Source: a candidate division WOR-3 bacterium | Lineage (GTDB): Bacteria > Hydrothermota > Hydrothermia > JBDRYB01 | Direction: 5' to 3' | NCBI GenBank assembly: GCA_049969615.1 | Contig: JBMFOM010000027.1 | Span: forward strand, 1-19,529 | DNA length: 19,529 nucleotides | Shown here: piece by piece, positions 15,650 to 19,529 of the stretch | Layout of the letters: each line of letters begins with the position of its first letter | Position numbering within the stretch: position 1 is the stretch's first letter | Made by a program: the position numbers and the translations under genes | The notes under the pieces: model-generated | Told to the model about the DNA's origin: nothing | Database searches by the model: none | What the model saw: only the letters and a program-made list of their open reading frames with translations

Positions 15650-16930
15650 TTAATAGGCCTCCTTGCCACTCCTTCTCTTCATACGTGGATTCCCTTCGGG
15701 CACGAGGGTACCGCCTCCAGAGATGAGCTCTGAGACGCTAGTTGGTTTAGCTTTGCTCGTCATCCCGTTACCCTTTGGGTTGTATTTCACCAGAATTCCC
15801 TCGTAGTTCCTGAGTATTACGCCATCCTCTCCCCATGAGACCATGTAGTTAGGCATCACTGGTATCTTGCCAGCTCCACCAGGTGCATCCACCACATAGG
15901 TTGGGACACCAAGTCCAGAGATAGCCCCTCTAAGTCCTTCCATTATCTCAAGGCCCTTCTCAAGGGATGTCCTGAAGTGCATTGCGCCCTGAACAGGATC
16001 ACAGTGATACAGGTAGTATGGCCTCACCTTGATCCTTAGGAGGCCTGTCACCAGCTCCCTCATTGTCCTCAGATCGTCGTTAACGCCAGCCAGCAAAACA
16101 GACTGGTTGTTAACTGGGACACCTGCCCTCAGGAGGTTATCAACGGCCCTTGCAGCTTCAGGGGTTATCTCCTTAGGGTGGTTGAAGTGGGTGTTGACCC
16201 ATATGGGACCATGCTTATCAAGGACATAGAGGAGCTGATCGTCCCACAGCCTCTGCGGGAGCGTCACAGGAACCCTTGAGCCTATGCGGATTATCTCCAC
16301 ATGGGGTATGCTCCTCAGCTGGGACAGGATCCTATCCAGGGTCATGGTCGGTAGGGTCAGAGGGTCTCCTCCAGAGAGGATAACATCCCTGATCTCTGAA
16401 TGCGCCCTTATGTAATCCAGCATATCGGGCAGATTCCGGAGGGTATAGGCCCTTTTGCAAGCATGGCGTTTCCAGAGGCGCTTCCGGGTACAATGCCTGC
16501 ACCAAACCGGGCAGAAGTTCGTAACAACGACCAAGACCCTATCAGGATAACGGTGCGTTAGGCCAGGGACTGGACTATCAGCCTCTTCATCCAAGGGGTC
16601 CTCTTGGCCATGCTGACCCAACTCCTGGGGGGATGGTATAACCTGTTTTCTTATGGGATCGTTTGGATCATGTGGATCTATGAGTGAGAGGTAGTATGGC
16701 GTGGCCATTATTGGATAAATGGCCTCCACGGCTTTTATCGCTGCGGATTCCTCGGGTGACAGTACGAGATATTTCTGGAGGTCTTCGGATTTTCGGACCG
16801 CGTGGGACAATTGCCACTGCCAGCTGTCCCAGTCAGCCCTTTCGGTTTGTGGCTCCGGGGCCACTTCCAACACTGCGGCCCCCCATTGCGAGGGGGGCTT
16901 GTCCCTTTCTTCTTCTGAGACCTTTTCCAT
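15650..16930 (-). CDS. kamA: Lysine 2,3-aminomutase (KamA-family radical SAM/PLP enzyme)
   Basis: Motifs WQWQ, DPIRKQ, DPLDEE, HRYPDR, CPVWCRHCTR (CxxxCxxC), SGGDPL, THFNHP, NQSVLL, PYYLYHCD and VDAPGGAGKIP (PLP Lys). Confidence 0.92.
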   Translation of the reverse strand: MEKVSEEERDKPPSQWGAAVLEVAPEPQTERADWDSWQWQLSHAVRKSEDLQKYLVLSPEESAAIKAVEAIYPIMATPYYLSLIDPHDPNDPIRKQVIPSPQELGQHGQEDPLDEEADSPVPGLTHRYPDRVLVVVTNFCPVWCRHCTRKRLWKRHACKRAYTLRNLPDMLDYIRAHSEIRDVILSGGDPLTLPTMTLDRILSQLRSIPHVEIIRIGSRVPVTLPQRLWDDQLLYVLDKHGPIWVNTHFNHPKEITPEAARAVDNLLRAGVPVNNQSVLLAGVNDDLRTMRELVTGLLRIKVRPYYLYHCDPVQGAMHFRTSLEKGLEIMEGLRGAISGLGVPTYVVDAPGGAGKIPVMPNYMVSWGEDGVILRNYEGILVKYNPKGNGMTSKAKPTSVSELISGGGTLVPEGNPRMKRRSGKEAY

Positions 16931-16974
16931 TTATGTGGGGTCCTTTTGCCCCAGGTTTTCAGTGCAGTGGGAAA

Positions 16975-17003
16975 AGTATAAGGCTTTTATCGGCCACACG
17001 CAA
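16975..17003 (-). promoter_or_regulatory. Sigma70-type promoter TTGCGT-17-TATACT for kamA
   Basis: -35 at 17003-16998, 17-nt spacer, -10 at 16980-16975, 44 nt upstream of the kamA ATG. Confidence 0.6.
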
Positions 17004-17100
17004 GTTTTATTTGACCCTGAAAGTCAAGGAATGTTCCCGGACCGGATAGGCCAAGTTTATCCCGTCAACTGCCTGCCCGAATACGGGTAGTGGGAATCGT

Positions 17101-19224
17101 TCAACCCTCCAGGGTTATCAGGGCATCAACTATATCAAGGTCGTCCTCGTAGAGCATAGCGGGGTTCGCGTCTATCTCCTTTATCTCCGGAAAGTCTGTT
17201 ATGAGCTGGGATAATCTTGAGATTGTTTCCGCCAGATACTCCGCATCCTTGGGTTTTTTGCCGCGGTAGCCCTTGATGATTTGATATGATTTTATTTCCT
17301 TTATCATCTCCATGGCCTCAACGGGGCATATAGGCGCGGCACGGAAGGTTATGTCCTTGAGGACCTCAACGAAAACGCCTCCTAGTCCGAACATGACCAC
17401 AGGCCCAAACTGGGGGTCCTTTGACGCGCCCATTATGACTTCGGTAGCGCCCGGCCTGGCCATTTTTTGGATGAGGATGCCATGGATATTGGCATCGGGC
17501 TTGTATGCCCTAGCGTTGTGTATTATAGCGTCAAAAGCGACCCGGATCCCGTCTTCCGAGGATATGTTCAAGACAACGCCCTTTGCCTCTGTCTTGTGGA
17601 GGATGTCCGGAGAGAGTATCTTGAGCGCGAGGGGAAAACCCATGGCCCTGGCCGCGCCAACTGCCTCGTGTTCATTCTGGACTACGACGCTTTTGATATA
17701 AGGGAGGCCATATGACTTAAAAACCATTCCCGCCTCATATTCGGTTAGCGTGAGCCTGCCCTCGGACTTCACCAGGTTGAAGATCTCCCTGACGCGTTCC
17801 CTGTCAACCTCAAATGGCTCAAAATCTCCATTGGTTTGCGACCGCTCAAGGTATCTGCCCCATTCCCGAAGGGTTCCCATTGAGCTCATGGTGAACTCAG
17901 GGTCATCGTAGAAAGGTATTCCATGCTGAACAAGCCATTCGCCCGCGGCCTCGCTTCTTTCACCGCCCACATAAGCAACCACGACAGGCTTGTCCGTTTT
18001 CGTCTCCTGGATTACCTCATAGATGCCATGAGCTATGTCCATGGGATCAGTCTGCGCGGTCTCACAGTATAGGACGACAACACCGTGTGTCCAGGGATGA
18101 GTGAGGGCATCACGAAGCGCGCCGGAGTAGTTATATCTGTCACCCATTCCGGTTATGTCAACCGGGTTCCTGGGCGAACCGAATTCGGGCATCCACTTGC
18201 GCATTGCATCCTGAAGGTCCTTCGGTGGCTCCTGGAGCGGAACCCCGTAATACTCTGCCGCGTCGGTGCCCAGAACGCCTATTCCGCCTCCGTTGGTGAT
18301 GATGAGCAGGTTATCACCCTTCAGCGGACTCAGGTGCGCGAGCGCCTCTGCCCTGTGAAAGAGACCCGGAACCGTGAAAGCCTGAAGGACTCCGACCTGC
18401 CTGAACAGGCTCTTATAGACCTTTGGACTGCCCGCGAGAGAACCGGTGTGGCTCCTGGTGGCAACCTCTCCCCTCTTGGAGACTCCGGCCTTGAGGGCGA
18501 CGATTGGCTTGGAGCATCTTTTGGCTGCTTCAAGGAACTTTCTGCCATCCTTGAAGCCCTCTATGTATAGACATATTACCTTTGTGTTCTCGTCCTTGTC
18601 CAGGGCCTCAACGAAATCAGCAAAATCAAGCCCTGCCATGTTTCCGTTTGATATGACATGTGACATGCCTATCTTCTTCAGGACGGTCTGACCGATGAGA
18701 CCTATGAGCAAGGCGCCTGATTGGGAAATGAAGGCTATCTTGCCCGGATAGGGCAGGTGCGGCGAGAAAGAGGCATTGCATTTTGATGGGTTGGAGATGG
18801 TGCCGATTATGTTCGGCCCCACCAACCACATGTTATATTTGTCGCAGATCTCGCGGAGCTTCTTCTCTGCCTCTATGTTCCCCACCTCAGCGAATCCCGA
18901 CGATATAACGGTCACACCTCCCATGCCCTTCTTTCCGCATTGTTCAACCACATCAAGGACCAGCTTTTGCGGGACAGCTATAACCGCAAAAGAAACCTCG
19001 CCGGGCACATCAAGGATGGAGGGGTAGCACTTTATTCCGAGTATCTCGTCCGCACTAGGATTGATGGGATATATCTTTCCCTCAAACCCCCCTTCCTTCA
19101 GGCCCTTGACCACCATGTAGCCAATTGAGCCTTCTTTGCGTGAAGCTCCTATAACAGCGACAGCCTTCGGGTTAAAGAGGCTATCCAGATCGTATCCCTT
19201 TTTCTTCTGGAGAGTTTTTTCCAT
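17101..19224 (-). CDS. ADP-forming acetate/acyl-CoA ligase, fused alpha-beta subunits
   Basis: CoA-binding VAVIGASR..YPINP, GPN, SQSGAL, phospho-His motif SHTGSLAG, NGGG and NPVDI, followed by an ATP-grasp beta domain (KILSPDILHKTE, DPQFGPVVMFGLGG, EIDANP). No GNAT domain. Start ATG 19224, because ATG 19233 directly abuts the -10 box. Confidence 0.9.
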   Translation of the reverse strand: MEKTLQKKKGYDLDSLFNPKAVAVIGASRKEGSIGYMVVKGLKEGGFEGKIYPINPSADEILGIKCYPSILDVPGEVSFAVIAVPQKLVLDVVEQCGKKGMGGVTVISSGFAEVGNIEAEKKLREICDKYNMWLVGPNIIGTISNPSKCNASFSPHLPYPGKIAFISQSGALLIGLIGQTVLKKIGMSHVISNGNMAGLDFADFVEALDKDENTKVICLYIEGFKDGRKFLEAAKRCSKPIVALKAGVSKRGEVATRSHTGSLAGSPKVYKSLFRQVGVLQAFTVPGLFHRAEALAHLSPLKGDNLLIITNGGGIGVLGTDAAEYYGVPLQEPPKDLQDAMRKWMPEFGSPRNPVDITGMGDRYNYSGALRDALTHPWTHGVVVLYCETAQTDPMDIAHGIYEVIQETKTDKPVVVAYVGGERSEAAGEWLVQHGIPFYDDPEFTMSSMGTLREWGRYLERSQTNGDFEPFEVDRERVREIFNLVKSEGRLTLTEYEAGMVFKSYGLPYIKSVVVQNEHEAVGAARAMGFPLALKILSPDILHKTEAKGVVLNISSEDGIRVAFDAIIHNARAYKPDANIHGILIQKMARPGATEVIMGASKDPQFGPVVMFGLGGVFVEVLKDITFRAAPICPVEAMEMIKEIKSYQIIKGYRGKKPKDAEYLAETISRLSQLITDFPEIKEIDANPAMLYEDDLDIVDALITLEG

Positions 19225-19233
19225 AGGGATCAT

Positions 19234-19262
19234 ATTATAACCCTTTTCCTGTGTAGAATCAA
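19234..19262 (-). promoter_or_regulatory. Sigma70-type promoter TTGATT-17-TATAAT
   Basis: -35 at 19262-19257, -10 at 19239-19234; ATG 19224 lies 9 nt downstream; no SD sequence. Confidence 0.7.
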
Positions 19263-19529
19263 ACTAAGTATCACGCTTAATTCCTTCCCCGGCTGTGCTC
19301 TCTTGGCCCTACCCAAGTTGGGGCAAGGGTTTGGCGGTTTTAGAGCAAAAGTGATCTTTCTGAGAGTTATGACAAGGGTCACGAGCATTCTAAGACCATT
19401 TGAGAAAAAGATCATAAGGGTTGAAACCTCACCTGACCCATCTCAGCCCTCCACGGATTGAAGGCGCGGCCGTGGCACAAGGGCCTCGCAATCGGGTCAG
19501 GTCTCTGAGGGTATGTAGCCCCTCTGGAG

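Noticed and set aside
14576..16930. Pyrrolysine (pylBC) or EF-P beta-lysylation (epmAB) system
   Set aside because: The radical SAM enzyme is a PLP-dependent KamA, not PylB, and no pylS/pylT/pylD, epmA or efp is present in the window.
17101..19224. Protein lysine acetyltransferase (Pat/YfiQ), or part of the kamA operon
   Set aside because: It has no GNAT domain and keeps the catalytic His. kamA has its own predicted promoter in the 170-nt gap, so a functional link is unsupported.
19340..19463. CRISPR-like words GTTTTAGAGC, AAGGGTTGAAAC and GGATTGAAG
   Set aside because: Each occurs once, there is no repeat-spacer periodicity, and no cas genes are present.

Overview
Gene-dense bacterial window. 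The gene content (alternative GlmU-like protein, LptE-like lipoprotein, several T9SS-type C-terminal sorting domains) suggests an FCB-group or WOR-3-like lineage; this is inference. In order it holds: (1) the 3' end of a secreted protein with a T9SS-like C-terminal domain (CTD); (2) a minus-strand run of tatC, a GlmU-like protein, an apparently damaged TPR lipoprotein, a PLP Cys/Met-metabolism enzyme, a membrane protein, a SAM methyltransferase and a GT2; (3) a plus-strand run of a GT-C glycosyltransferase, a beta-propeller CTD protein, an orphan DNA methyltransferase, an LptE-like lipoprotein, a degenerate RlmD-like protein, a CDF transporter and a BNR/Asp-box CTD protein; (4) a minus-strand run of an atypical Ddl-like ATP-grasp ligase, lysine 2,3-aminomutase (kamA) and a fused ADP-forming acyl-CoA synthetase. 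I found no rRNA, tRNA, CRISPR array or transposase. The best candidate for an uncharacterised system is the kamA + non-canonical Ddl-like ligase pair (possible beta-lysyl peptide synthesis). Other notable signals are a dispersed intergenic repeat/MITE family (core CTTTATCAGGGGTCT), an RlmD-fold protein lacking its catalytic residues, apparent leaderless transcription of several genes, and a family of compact CTDs. All family calls come from motif recognition by eye; no database searches were run.
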